Shown here in pieces: positions 37,150-50,331 of a DNA stretch of 64,000 nt. The translations under genes and the position numbers were made by a program. Position 1 is the stretch's first letter. The number at the start of each line of letters is the position of its first letter. Origin of the DNA: Malacoraja senta. Taxonomy: Eukaryota. The DNA is taken from NCBI GenBank assembly GCA_038087875.1, contig JAXLNO010000051.1:1-64000 (forward strand), in the 5' to 3' direction. Under the pieces are notes generated by a model. The model did not search any database, had not been told where the DNA came from, and was given only the letters and a program-made list of their open reading frames with translations.

Positions 37150-38062
37150 TGCTGCATGTCATTGTGGGATATATCACAGCCCGAGTGAGCCGAGTGTATG
37201 ACCGCCGCCGGAAACGCCCGAGTGCGTGAGCGGAAACACCCGAGCGGGTGGGCGGTTGATCGAGGCGCCGACGCGCCAAGATGGCGGACGCGGACGGACG
37301 CGCCTAGATGGCTCTCGGCGTCGCTGTCGGACATGGACGGGGTGGCCGTCAAACGCATCATCCACGGCGGCCATGACATTGGCGGTCGGGCGGCAGCGCT
37401 TCACCCCCGGCACCAAGGTAGCGGGGCGGTGACGCTGGGGGACAGAGAGGGAGAGAGAGACTTACTGTGGGGAGACGGTGACGGCGCCGGCGATCAAGAT
37501 GGCGGCGGCTCCGGGCACCAACCGTCGCCAGGGCCCGCCCCGACCGCGCTGATTGGACGAGGAGGCGATGACGGACGGCGGCCCCGGCCAATGGGCGGCG
37601 GGCCCGAGGAACATCCCGCCTCCCGCAGGCGCTGATTGGATGGGGACCGGGTGATGGGCGGACGAATCATCCAATGGGCTGGAGACGGGTTGACGGACGG
37701 ATGGACCGGCCAATGGGCGGGGGAGTAGGAGTTTGTCCCGCCCTCCTGTCGTAGCTGATTGGATGGAGACGGGAGAGGTGGATTATCCAATGAGGGGGAG
37801 GGTCTGAGGGTTATTCCGCCCCCAGACCGCGCTCGTTGGAGGAGGATGGGATACTGAGGGATGGAAGGGCCAATGGGAGGGTTGGTGGTTTTCCCGCCTC
37901 TAGACGTGGCTGATTGGATGGAGGTGGGTGATGGGCGGCTGGATCATCCATTGATGGGAAGGGGTTGTAGGCTGTCCCGCCTCCCACAAGCGGTGATTGG
38001 ACGAGGAGGCGGCGACGGACAGACGGCCCGGCCAATGGGCGGAGGGTTAGAGGGACATTGGA
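37150..38062. promoter_or_regulatory. CpG island promoter with YY1-type motifs, GC boxes and ~12 CCAAT boxes
   Basis: High CpG density; CAAGATGGCGG at 37277 and 37495; CCAAT/ATTGG cluster 37552-38061. Confidence 0.8.
37281..37417 (+). pseudogene. aip: AIP exon 1-like, frameshifted as assembled
   Basis: MAD start, DGVAVKRIIHGG and FTPGTK|GT resemble AIP DGIQKRVIQEG..FQDGTK but lie in different frames. Confidence 0.7.
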
Positions 38063-38069
38063 GTTGTAT

Positions 38070-39007
38070 AGAGACCACATCTGGAGGATTGTGTACTGTT
38101 TTGGTCTCCTAATTTGAGGAAGTACATCCTTGTGATTGAGGCAGTGCAGCGTAGGCTCACGAGATTGATCCCTGCGATGGCGGGACTGTCATATGAAGAA
38201 AGATTGAAAAGACTAGGCTTGTATTCACTGGAGTTTAGAAGGATGAGGGGGTTCTTATAGAAACATATAAAATTATAAAAGGACTGGACAAGCTAGATGC
38301 AGGAAAAATGTTCCCAATGTTGGGCGAATCCAGAACCAGGAGCCACAGTCTTGGAATAAAGGGGAGGTCATTTAAGACTGAGGTGAGAAAAAACTTTCAC
38401 CCAGAGAGTTGTGTGAATTTGTGGAATTCCCTGCCACAGAGGGCAGTGGAGGCTGTCACTGGATGGATTTAAGAGAGAGTTAGATAGAGCTATAAGGGCT
38501 GGTGGAATCAAGGGAAATGGGGAGAAGGCAGGCATGGGTTATTAGAAACATAGACAATAGGTGCAGGAGTAGGCCATTCGGCCCTTCGAGCCTGCACCGC
38601 GTTTCAATATGATCATGGCTGATCATCCAACTCAGTGTCCTGTACCTGCCTTCTCTCCATACCCCCTGATCCCTTTAGCCACAAGGGCCACATCTAACTC
38701 CCTCTTAAATATAGCCAATGAACTGGTCTCAACTACTTTCTGTGGCAGAGAATTCCACAGATTCACCACTCTCTGTGTGAAAAATGTTTTTCTCATCTCG
38801 GTCCTAAAAGACTTCCCCCTTATCCTTAAACTGTGACCCTGTGTTTTGGACTTCCCCAACATCGGGAAAAAACGTCCTGCATCTAGCCTGTCCAACCCCT
38901 TAAGAATTTTGTCAGTTTCTATAAGATCCCCGCTCCATCTTCTAAATTCCAGCGAGTAGAAGCCGAGTCTATCCAGTCTTTCTTCATATGAAATAGAAAC
39001 ATAGAAA
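38070..39007. mobile_element. Two tail-to-tail CR1 3' fragments in AIP intron 1
   Basis: Plus-strand copy 38070-38543, minus-strand copy 38543-39007. Confidence 0.85.
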
Positions 39008-39087
39008 AAGACCCTGCGGTCTGACCCCGTGACCCCTGCACTGACCGCAGTGACCACTGACCTGTGACCTCTCACCCCCCCACACAG

Positions 39088-39267
39088 GCCACGTTCCACT
39101 ACAAGTCCCTGCGCTGTGACCCAGAGCGGACGCTCATCGACGACAGCCGGACCAACGGCAAACCCATGGAGCTGATCATCGGCAAGAAGTTCAAGCTGCC
39201 CGTGTGGGAGACGGTCGTCAGCTCCATGTGTGAAGGGGAGGTAGCCGAGTTCACCTGTGACACGCGG
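39088..39267 (+). CDS. aip: AIP (AH receptor-interacting protein) exon 2, FKBP-type domain
   Basis: [64 protein letters not shown], 180 bp, phase 0; later exons not seen in the window. Confidence 0.9.
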
Positions 39268-39295
39268 GTAGGGAATCCCCCCGTACCCCCACTCA

Positions 39296-40772
39296 TAACA
39301 TCCTCCTCACAGTTCACCCAGCTTTGTGTCATCTGCAAATATGCTAATGTTACTTTGAATCCCTTCATCCAAATCATTGATGTATATTGTAAATAGCTGC
39401 GGTCTCAGCACCGAGCCTTGCGGTACCCCACTAGTCACTGCCTGCCATTCTGAAAGGGACCCGTTAATCCCTACCCTTTGTTTCCTGTCTGCCAACCACT
39501 TATCTATCCATGTCAGCACTCTACCCCCAATACCATGTGCCCCAATTTTGCCCACTAATCTCCTATGTGGGACCTTATCAAATGCTTTCTGAAAGTCCAG
39601 GTACACTACATCCACTGGCTCTCCCTTGTCCATTTTCCTAGTTACATCTTCAAAAAATTCCAGAAGATTAGTCAATCATCATTTCCCCTTCGTAAATCCT
39701 TGCTGACTCGGACCGATCCTGTTACTGCTATCCAAATGTGCGGCTATCTCATCTTTTATGATTGACTCCAGCATCTTCCCCACCACCGAGGTCAGGCTAA
39801 CTGGTCTATAATCCCCTGTTTCTCTCTCCCGCCTTTCTTAAAAAGTGGGATAACATTAGCTATCCTCCAATCCACAGGAACTGATCCTGAGTCTATAAAA
39901 TTTTGGAAAATTATCACCAATGCATCCACGATTTCTAGAGCCACTTCCTTAAGTACCCTGGGATGCAGACCATCGGGCCCTGGGCATTTATCAGCCTTCA
40001 GTCCCATCAGTCTATCCAACACCATTTCCTGCCTAATGTTGATTTCCTTCAATTCCTCTGTCACCCCAGATCCTCTGGCCACTACTATAGCAGGAAGATT
40101 GTTTGTGTCCTCCTTAGTGAAGACAGATCCAAAGTACCTGTTCAACTCATCTGCCATTTCCTTGTTCCCCATAATAAATTCACCTTTTTCGGTCTTCAAG
40201 GGTCTAACTTTGGTCTTCACTAATTTTTTCCTCTTCCCATACCTAAAGAAGCTTTTACTATCCTCCTTTATATTCTTGGCTAGCTTACCTTCGTACCTCA
40301 TCTTTTCTCCCCGTATTGTCTTTTCGGTTATCTTCTGTTGTTCTTTAAACATTACCCAATCCTCTTGCTTCCCGCTCATCTTTGCTACGTTGTACTTCTT
40401 CGCTTTAATTTTTATACTGTCCCTGACGTCCCTTGTCAGCCATGGTCGTCCCTTTTTCCCCTTGGAATCTTTCTTCCTCCTAGGAATGAACTGATGCTGC
40501 ACCTTCTGTATTATTCCTAGAAATACCTGCCATTTTTGTTCCACTGTCATCCCTGCTAGGGTATCTTTCCAGTCACCTTTGGCCAGCTCCTCCCTCATGG
40601 CCCCATAGTCCGCTTTATTCAACTGCAACACTGCCACCTTCGATCTACTCTTCTCCCTCTCCAATTGTAGATTAAACCTGACCATGTTATGGTCACTGCC
40701 TCCTAATGGCTCATTAACCTCGAGGTCCTTTATCAAACCCGGTTCATTACATAACACTAAATCCAGAATTGC
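39296..40772 (-). mobile_element. CR1 ORF2 internal fragment
   Basis: [32 protein letters not shown]. Confidence 0.9.
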
Positions 40773-41365
40773 CCCACTGCAAACGGTTGTTGGTGGTGGT
40801 AACTGCTTTGAAATGAAGTGGTAGGTAACTGCAATTGAATTCGGTGGCCTTGCACCCTGCTTGAAATGGCATGAAACTGCATTTGAATTTGGTGGCCTTG
40901 CACCCTGCTTGAAATTGAATTTCAAGGAATAGCCGTGAGTCAACTGCTCGCCCACCAGCCATGAGTGAGCTGCCAGCACATCAGGCTTGAGTGACTGAGC
41001 TGTCACCCCAAGAATCCATTTGGCCCACAGCGGAGGGTGATGGCTAGGCGCAGGCCTGGTTCCTGTGGCTTTCTCAGCAGAGGGCCCATGTTTGTCATTA
41101 AACAGGTCAGGGGGTATTCTTGTAACGTTTTTAAAAGCAGACAAATCCTCCTCATGCAGCACATTTATCAGGTTCTCATACTGTCCAAGCCTGAATCTTC
41201 TTTGCAAGAGGGGCTTCACCCACTGAGACCTCTTCTTGTGCTTCCTCTTCACCCTTGTTCTTGCCCATCTGCCTTTAGGCTGCAGAAGCAAAAGGCCTGC
41301 TGCAAACAGCAGGAGTTGTATTTTTATTGCCATCGCGGATTAGGTGGCCCAAGTGGGACAGCCCC
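40773..41365 (-). mobile_element. PIF/Harbinger-like transposase N-terminal remnant
   Basis: WVKPLLQRRFRLGQYENL..EDLSAFKNVTRI; terminus AGTGGGACAGCCCC followed by TTTA, repeated at ~41983. Confidence 0.6.
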
Positions 41366-42580
41366 TTTAGTCAGCCACAGTCGCCTCATTCTTCCCTCAG
41401 AATCTTTCTTCCTCTTTGGGATGAAAAGATCCTGCAATTTCCAAATTATTCTCAGAATCTTCTGCCATTGCTATTCCACAATCATTCTTGCTTGGATCGC
41501 CTTGTACTCAACAATAGCCACCTCCTTACTTATGCCTCTGTAGTTACCTTGACTCTACAGTAATGCCGTCACATCTGATTTCATCTTCTCAAACTGCAGG
41601 TTGAATTTTATCATATGCCACAAATTCCTAGGGGTTCCTTTACCTTAAGCTCCCTAATCAAATCCAGGCTCAACCACAAACCGCTCTAAGAAGCCATCTC
41701 GCAGGCACACTACAAATTCCTTCACTTGGGATCCAGTACCAGCCTGATTTTCCCAGTCTACCTGCATATTGAAATTCCTTGTAACATGGCCTTTCTTACA
41801 TGCTGGTTGTATCTCCTGCTGTAATTTGTACTCTTCATCCTGAATCATGAGGTCACATCAGCGGTACGGAAGGTATTGAAGAGGATTCTTAGGATTTACT
41901 CCCATTTGGATGAAAATGGGCTGATTTAGGGATAGCCAGCATAGCTTTGTACATGGCTGGTCATGCCTTATTAATTTGTTTGAGTGGGACAGGCCCTTAA
42001 GTGTGCAAAAGAGCAGAGAGACCATCTCTGCTCATACTGGGCAGTACTCAGCACTGGGCAGTGTGCCGTGGCAGAACTAAGTAATTTGAGGGACAGCAGA
42101 CAACAGGTACACCAGTGCATGAGGAGAACCCACATGCAGACAAGATCAGTGAATGTTATGTTTAGTTTAAATCCTGCTGACTTTGTTTGATTTCAGTTTA
42201 AGTGTGGATTTTTATTTTCATTTTTGTGTAAATAATTTCATTGCAGATGTTGATTCATAAGGTAGTATTTATCATGCATCTGCTGGTCTGATTAGTGTAG
42301 GGAGATCTGCAAACATAGCCCTTGAATTCATTGCATTGTCTGTTTTATTGTCAGAATGTAGGCTGGTGCTTCATTTGTCAGCTGAATGATAAGAAATACT
42401 GGAAAAACTTCTTTGTGTTTCATTTGCTAATTGAAGTACGGTAAGCCCTATTGCAAACCACCGTTGTTTGCTGTGGTGCTCCATTTATAACGATGTGTAA
42501 AAATGGCCTTTATTTATTGAACAAGATGCAGTTTGTCTTATTTTCTGAGGTAAAATTATTTTACATTTAAAAGGCACAGC

Positions 42581-43680
42581 TTAGAGATTATGTAAAATCG
42601 AATACTCAAAATTTTCGAATTAGAAATTCAGAAATTCTTGATGAATGTTGGAACAAACATCCTAATACAGAAAAATTAATATCTTATATATAAAATATCT
42701 TATTAGACAGTGACATTCCATCGACGGACTTACACAGACAAACATGGGAAAAAGAATTAAATCAAATAATAACGAAAGATACTTGGGAAGAAAGTTTGCA
42801 ACACATACATCAATGTTCATTAAACGCCAGACATTCTCTAATACAATTTAAAGTAATACATAGGTTACATTATTCAAAAACAAAACTACATAAAATCTTT
42901 CAACATATCTCACCTATATGTGATAAATGTCAACATTTAGAAGCTACCTTATCTCATATGTTTGCAAACTGTATAAAAATTAAAAAATTCTGGGTAAATA
43001 TTTTCAGTATAATATCTAAAGTAACCAGCACACAATTGGACCCAGATCCAAAATTAATAATACTCGGAATATTAGAATTAAATCAAACATTTAGAACAAC
43101 ACAAAGAAACTTTATTGATTATAGATTAATAACAGGAAAAAAATTAATTCTAACATTTTGGAAAGGCCCTACGACCCCCACAATCAAAATGTGGATTACA
43201 GAAATGACGGAGACCTTAAACGTGGAAAGAATCAGATTCTCCCTGTTGGACAAACAGGAATTATTCGTTGGAACATGGTCTTTTATTGATTACTTAAAGG
43301 ATCAGAACAGTTCAGCACAGGAACCTGACTAGCACTCGGGCTAAAGAATGGATGAAATGCTATACTTAGAAATGTACGAATATATCTCGAATGAAGTTTT
43401 TTATTTGAATAAATTTTTCCATGCTTCTTTAACTGTCTTTTTCCTTTTTTTTTTTTTTTTTTGTTTTTTTGTTGTTGTTTTTCTTCTCTTTCTTTTCTTT
43501 CTTTACTTCATCTATCTCTTTAGTTCTATTTAGTTTAATAAAAAAAAAGGCAAAAGGTATTGGAGACAATGTAATAATAATTGACAATATTATCAATTTA
43601 AAAATGTAAGACTGTAATGATGTAAATAGGTTGTGTACTTATCTCCAATAAAAAATATTTTCAAAAAAAAAAAAAAAAAA
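42581..43680 (+). mobile_element. 5'-truncated L1 (same subfamily as copy 2)
   Basis: CCHC C-terminus, poly(A), TSD AAAAGGCACAGC at 42569-42580 and 43681-43692 in a TTT/AAAA site. Confidence 0.92.
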
Positions 43681-44379
43681 AAAAGGCACAGCAAATGATT
43701 GTGAGATGTAAGATGTGAGTAGAGCGCATCCTCTATTTGGTGTTTCATGATGAAGGAAATAGTACATTAAAGTCATGATACTATGGAATTATATTAAAAT
43801 GAAGACTTGCAGACATCAATTTTATTTTGAGAACATAGAACTCTCTTTTATTGTGTTCAAAAGTAAACAAACGGTGAGAATCAAATGGATTCTTAAAAAG
43901 GTGTTTAACTATCACCCACTACAAAATTTGGGAGTTTGCAAACAAAATGAAAACCAGCTCAAACAGGGAATTAACATTAACATACAAATAAGAATCTACA
44001 TCAAAGGGTAAACTTTACTACAGACCCATGTCTCTGAGCCTCTCTCTCTCTCCCTTCATCCACAGCTGTTTCTGTACCATGGAGACAGCCGTCTCCATAT
44101 TCAGATGCCAATGCAGTTAAGGCTGTTACAGCAGGCTGCAGATGTGTGAAAGTGAGTAGGGTTCTCTGGAAAAGAATTAGGAAGTACATGTTAAAAGCTT
44201 TTCAGCAGACCATAAAAAGGTGCGGTTGGGTTATTCCAGATTTTACTGTAAACTTTATGAAAATGTATGATGTCTTTTCGGGCAAATCATGGACTATTCT
44301 TGCATCACATCACTCAAGGAAGATAATTAGTTTTATGGCCTTATGCGGTTGTGAATGAAAATTATTTAAACTACAATTT

Positions 44380-45525
44380 AAAAAAAAAATTTTACTTATT
44401 AGAAGTAATGTACATTACAGTGATGTAAGCCAAAAATAACATAATACATTACCTGTACCACTTCTTGTTTTAAACTTTAAAAAGGAGAAGAATAGAGAGT
44501 TGGATAAGATAGTAAGTGCGTGAAAGAGTGATCAGAAGAAACCCATAGAAACGTAAAACACAAGAAAGAGTTAAAAAGAAAACTAAAGGAAAAGAAAGAG
44601 AAAAATAGAGAACAGAAGATATAAGAAAGTAAAATAAGATAAAAGGGATGTAGCTACTTTGTATCTTTACACACCCCTCAGCAGGTCCCGAAACCATTTA
44701 TTTTCAGTTATGTTGCACCATATGCTTGTAATAAGTCGATAAATGGAGACCAAATCTTTTGAAAATGGTCTGATTTGCCTGCTAGAAGGAATCTCATGTC
44801 TTCCAGGTGTAACAATTCCGACATATTTGAAATCCACATTTTTATCGTTGGTGTGGGAGCGTTTTTCCAGAATTTAAGTATACGTTTTTTTGCCATTATT
44901 AAGCTGTAATTAAGGAAGCTCTTTTGGAACAAAGTCACCTCAAAGCTGACTTCCATTGTTCCAAAAATAATCAATTCTGCGTTCGGTTTCTATATTATAC
45001 AAGTATGATATTAAATTAGTTGATTCCGCCTTTATATTCATTGCTTCAATCGGTCTGGAGACAAATTTTGATATTCGTGTATATTTTTTCAAATAATCAC
45101 GGATTTGAAGATATTTAAAATATTGATTACTTCTCAGATTGTATTTAAGTTGTAGTTGTTGGAATGATAAAAAAAATCCATTTTCATACATGTCTCCAAA
45201 TGTTTTAATTCCTATTCTTTCCCAATGTGTAAATGATTTATCTATAATGGATGGTTTAAACTACGGATTTATTCATTATGGGAGAGAGAAGCGATAGGTT
45301 TCTTAATTTTAGGGTTCATTTTATTTGTTTCCAAATTCTAATTGTACTATGAATAATTGGATTTTTACTGTATATTGTATTATTCAGTTTTATTGGTGAG
45401 AGAAGGATCGTTCCTATATTAAAAGGGGAGCAATCCTCTTCATTACTATCCAATCCACCCGTTGGGCAGGTGAATCACATTTTTGACATTTGCAGCCCAA
45501 TAATAATACAAAAAATTAGGGATGG
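44380..45525 (-). mobile_element. Old L1 3' fragment
   Basis: NFLYYYWAAN, YFKYLQIRDY, ILKFWKNAPTPTIKMW. Confidence 0.8.
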
Positions 45526-46164
45526 TTAAACTACAATCTAACACAAAATAATACGCTTTGAATTGTATACCAACACACATTAAATCATTGTGACAATTTC
45601 GTATGAGAAGTAAAGATATTGAATCCAAGCGATAACAGAAGTAGTTATAATTGAAATGGCATATTTACATTCTCGTGGTAGACGATTGCATTAGTCAAGA
45701 GAAGTTTTGTGAATGCCCACACGTTCCCTGTGGGATTGTTGGTTATCACTGAGGCCACACACTCACAGACTTTAAATACATGGTCGTATTGCGGTGTCAT
45801 TTCCCTGCGTGCATCACTCATCACTTTTATACCTTTTACAAGGTCAGTGAGCTGAAACATAAGAACACATGTTAAGAGCGCAATGGTGGATGGATGGATG
45901 CATTGGGGAATGAGAATTGAAATGTGCTGACTTCTAACTATGTACTTACTACAGTCAAGTGGTCTTTAAAACCTCTCCCTTCGTCATCCCCTCCAGGTGT
46001 GGTGCCACCACTGTTGCTCTCCTGCAACATCTGCCTCCTGGAATGCTGGTGGATAGGCCCAGCGAAGAGGTCCCCTCCAGAGGATCATCCACCTCCTGCT
46101 CACTGCTCTGTTGTTGATGCTGGAATCATTTTTACAATGTGTCCAGAGCCTCATGACAGTAACT

Positions 46165-47755
46165 ATGACGTGAGGCAACAGACGGGATGCGAGGATGGTT
46201 TGCTGCCTACCAGGTGCCAAGATCCAGGATGTCACGGACGGAGTGGAGAAAATCCTCAAGAGCGAAGGTGAACAGCTGGAAGTTGTAGTGCATGTTGGCA
46301 CAAACGATGTCGGAAAGAAGGGGATGAATATTCTGAAGCGTGACTTTAGAGAGCTCGGAAAAATGCTGAAAAGCAGGACCTCCAGGGTTGTTATCTCCGG
46401 TTTGCTTCCAGTTCCTCGTGGTGGCGAGAGCAGGAACAGGGAGATACGGGACCTGAATGCATGGCTGGGGAACTTGTACAAGGGGCAGAGATTTAGATTC
46501 TTAGACCACTGGGATCTTTTGGAGAAGGGGGAACTGTACAAAAGGGACGGATTGCACCTTAACAGGTGGGGGACCAGCATTCTGGCAGGCAGGTTTGCCA
46601 CTGCTACACAGGTGGTTTAAAACTAAATAAGGGGGGGGTGTCAAATGGGATAGTCGATGATGGAGTTAAAGGGAAAGGGAGTAAGGAGATAGTTAATGAC
46701 CCCAGAATTAATGGGAAAGGAAGCTCACAAAGGGATAGGAGAGTATGGCCAAGTGTAATAGGGATCGATGTGAAAGGTGAGATGCGTAAGGAATTAAATG
46801 TATTGTATATGAATGTGCGAAGTATAAGAAGTAAAGTAGATGAGCTTGAGGCTCAGTTAGAGGTTGGTAGATATGACATTGTGGGGATTACTGAGACTGC
46901 AGAAGATCATTTTCCAATGTTCAATAGATTCAGAATCAGTTCCTGTGGATTGGAGGATAGCTAATGTTATCCCACTTTTCAAGAAAGGAGCGAGAGAGAA
47001 AACGGGGAATTACAGGCCAGTTAGCCTGACTTCGGTGGTGGGAAAGATGCTGGAGTCAATTATTAAAGAGGTAATAATGGGGCATTTGGATAGCAGTAAA
47101 AGGATTAGTCCAAGTCAACATGGATTTATGAAAGGGAAATCATGCTTGACTAATCTTCTGGAATTGTTTGAGGATGTGACAAGTAAAATGGATGAAGGGG
47201 TGCCAGTGGATGTAGTGTATCTAGTGTTTCAGAAAGCTTTTGATAAGGTCCCGCACGGGGGACTGGTGACTAAAATTAGAGCACATGGTATTGGGGGTAG
47301 GGTGTTGACATGGATAGAAAATTGGTTTGCAGACAGGAAGCAAAGAGTAGGAGTGAACGGGTCCTTTTCAGAATGGCAGGCAGTGGCGAGTGGAGTGCCG
47401 CAAGGCTCGGTGTTGGGGCCGCAACTGTTTACCATATATATTAATGATTTGGAAGAGGGAATTAGCAGCAACACTAGTAAGTTGGGTGGCAGTGTGAACT
47501 GTGATGAGGATGTTAGGAGGTTGCAGGGTGACCTGGACAGGTTGAGTGAGTGGGCAGATGTGTGGCAGATGCAGTATAATATAGATAAATGTGCGGTTAT
47601 CCACTTTGGCGACAAAAACAAGGGGGCAGATTATTATCTCAATGGGGTTAGGTGAGGTAAGGCTGAAGTACAGCGAGACCTGGGTGTCCTTGTACACCGG
47701 TCACTGAAAGTTGGCGTGCAGGTACAGCAGGCAGTGAAGATAGCTAATAGAATGT
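46165..47755 (+). mobile_element. Degraded CR1: ORF1 3' half plus ORF2 with a large internal deletion near 46898
   Basis: MVCCLPGA..HVGTND..DGLHLN; YDIVGITET fused directly to IIFQCSIDS; RT motifs. Confidence 0.88.
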
Positions 47756-49505
47756 AGACAAAAATGCTGCAGAAACTCAGCGGGTGCAGCAGCATCTATG
47801 GAGCGAAGGAAATAGGCAACGTTTCTGGCTGAAACCCTTCTTCAGATGGATGTATGATGGGGGTGGGGGGGAGGGGTGGGGAGAAGAAAGGAGAAAGGAA
47901 GAGGAGGAGCCCGAGGGCTGAGCGAGAGCTGAGAAGGGGAGGAGACAGCAAGGGCTACCGGATATTGGAGAAGTCAATGTTCATGCCACTAGGGTGGAAA
48001 CTGCCCAAGCGGAATATGAGGTGCTGCTCCTCCAGTTTCCGGTGGGCCTCACTCTGGCCATGGAGGAGGCCCAGCTCAGAAAGGTCAGATTCGGAATGGG
48101 AGGGGGAGTTGAAGTGCTGAGCCACCGGGAGATCAGGTTGGTTAATGCGGACCGAGCGGAGGTGTTCGGCGAAACGATCGCCACGCCTCCGCTTGGTCTC
48201 ATCGATGTAGATCAGCTGACATCTAGAGCAGCGGATGCAATAGATGAGGTTGGATGAGATGCAGGTGAACCTTTGTCGCACCTGGAACGACTGCTTGGGT
48301 CCTTGGACGGAGTCGAGGGGGGAGGTAAAACGACAAGTGTAGCATCTCTTGCGGTTGCAAGGGAAAGTACCCGGGGAGGGGGTGGTGCGGGAAGGAAGGG
48401 AAGAATTGACCAGGAAGTTACGGAGGGAGCGGTCTCTGCAGAAAGCAGACAGGGGGGGGGATGGGAAGATGTGGCGAGTGGTGGGGTCACGTTGGAGGTG
48501 ACGAAAATGTCGGAGGACTATTTGTTGTATGTGACGGCTAGTGGGGTGAAAGGTGAGGACCACGGGGACTCTGCCCTTGTTACGAGTGGGGGGATGTGGA
48601 GAGAGAGCAGTGTTACGGGGTATCGAAGAGACCCTGGTGAGAGCCTCATCTATAGTAGGGGAGGGGTAGATGGAGGAATTGGGAATAGGGGATGGAATCC
48701 TTACAGGAAGCAGGGTGGGAAGAAGTGTAGTCTAGATAGCCATAGGGAGTAAGGGTTTATAGTGGATGTCGATCAAAGGTCTATCACCTGCGATGGAGAT
48801 AGTGAGGTCAAGGAATGGTAGGGAAGTGTCGGAAATGGTCCAGGTGTATTTGAGTGCCGGATGGAAGTTAGTGGTGAAATGGATGAAGTCAGTGAGTTGT
48901 GTGTGGGTGCAGGAGATAGCACCAATGCAGTCGTCAATGTAGCGGAGGTAGAGGTCGTGGATGGGGCCCTGGTACATCTCGAACAAGGATTGTTCGACGT
49001 ACCCTACAAAGAGGCGGGCGTAGCTGTGGCCCATGCATGTGCCCATAGCTACGCCTTGTATTTGGAGGAAATGGGAGGAATCAAATGAGAAGTTATTGAG
49101 GGTAAGGACCAGCTCCGCTAGGCGGAGGAAAGTATCTGTAGACGGGGATTGGTTGGTTCTCCGGTCGAGGAAGAACCGGAGGGCTTTGAGACCATCCTGG
49201 TGCGGGATGGAGGTGTAGAGTGACTGGACATCCATGGTGAAGATGAGAGGATGGGGGCCTAGGGAATGGAATGCCCGGAGATGACGGAGAGTGTCTGAGG
49301 TGTCTTGAACATAGGTAGGGAGGGATTCAACCAAGGGGGGTAAGATGGAGTCGAGGTATGTGGAAATAAGTTCGGTAGGGCACGAACAGGCAGAGACAAT
49401 GGGTCTACCGGGACAGTCAGGTTTGTGGATTTTGGGGAGAAGGTAAAATCAAGCCGTGCGGGCTGGGGAACGATGAGGTTGGAGGCTTGGGGGGGCAGGG
49501 AGTCG
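47755..49505 (-). mobile_element. Penelope-like element remnant (RT + GIY-YIG endonuclease)
   Basis: FTMDVQSLYTSIPH, GVAMGT, YLRYIDD, LPFLD; CNRKRCYTC, NLIYCIRCSRC..YIDETKRR..RFAEH. Confidence 0.88.
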
Positions 49506-50331
49506 GAGTTGCAGGCAGGGCTCTCTCATGCAGGGGTTATTGCCATTGTACAAAGTAATATTAACTTTAAACTGGGTGTAAACATTGCATCAGGGTCAAA
49601 TTCACTGCACACTGGGGCATGGTGGCAATGCACAGAGTTCTGACTGATGCAGGAAGATTATACACTTTAAACTGGGTATAAAAATTGCGCAGAGGGATAT
49701 AAAAATTAAATACTGGAGTATAGATATGATGCGAGTATTGACTGATGCATTGGGCCAGAGAAATATAGACAATAGGTGCAGGAGTAGGCCATTCGGCCCT
49801 TCGAGCCAGCACCACCCTTCACTGTGATCTGGGTAAAAATATTACACAGAGGGATATAAATATGAAATGCTGTGGTTTAGATGTGATGCACAGAGTCCTG
49901 ACTGATGCATGGAGTATAATCTCTGCACAGAGATTATAAACCTATCAACTTTATAACAAGGTATAAACATTAACTTTAAAGTGGGTATAAAGATTAGAGA
50001 CATATATCAGAGAATAGTGAATGTTGTATAGATGTGATGCACAGATCTCATTGATGCATGGATTCTCATCTCTGCACACACAGATATATAAACTTTAGAC
50101 TGGATTCCAAATAAAGCACAGAGGGATACAAATATGAAATGCTGTGGTATAGATGTGATGCACAGATCTCACGGATGCATGGATTATAATAGTGCACACT
50201 ACATACTGGAGTATAGATGGGATGCAGAGATCTCATTGATGCATTGGATTATCATCTCTCCACACAGAGATATAAACTTTAAACTGGGTATATAAATATT
50301 AAATACTGGAGTATAGATGTGATGCAGAGAT

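Noticed and set aside
39088..39267. AIPL1 call
   Set aside because: [18 protein letters not shown] match AIP rather than AIPL1 (VIFHF, IIGNMFKLEVWE)
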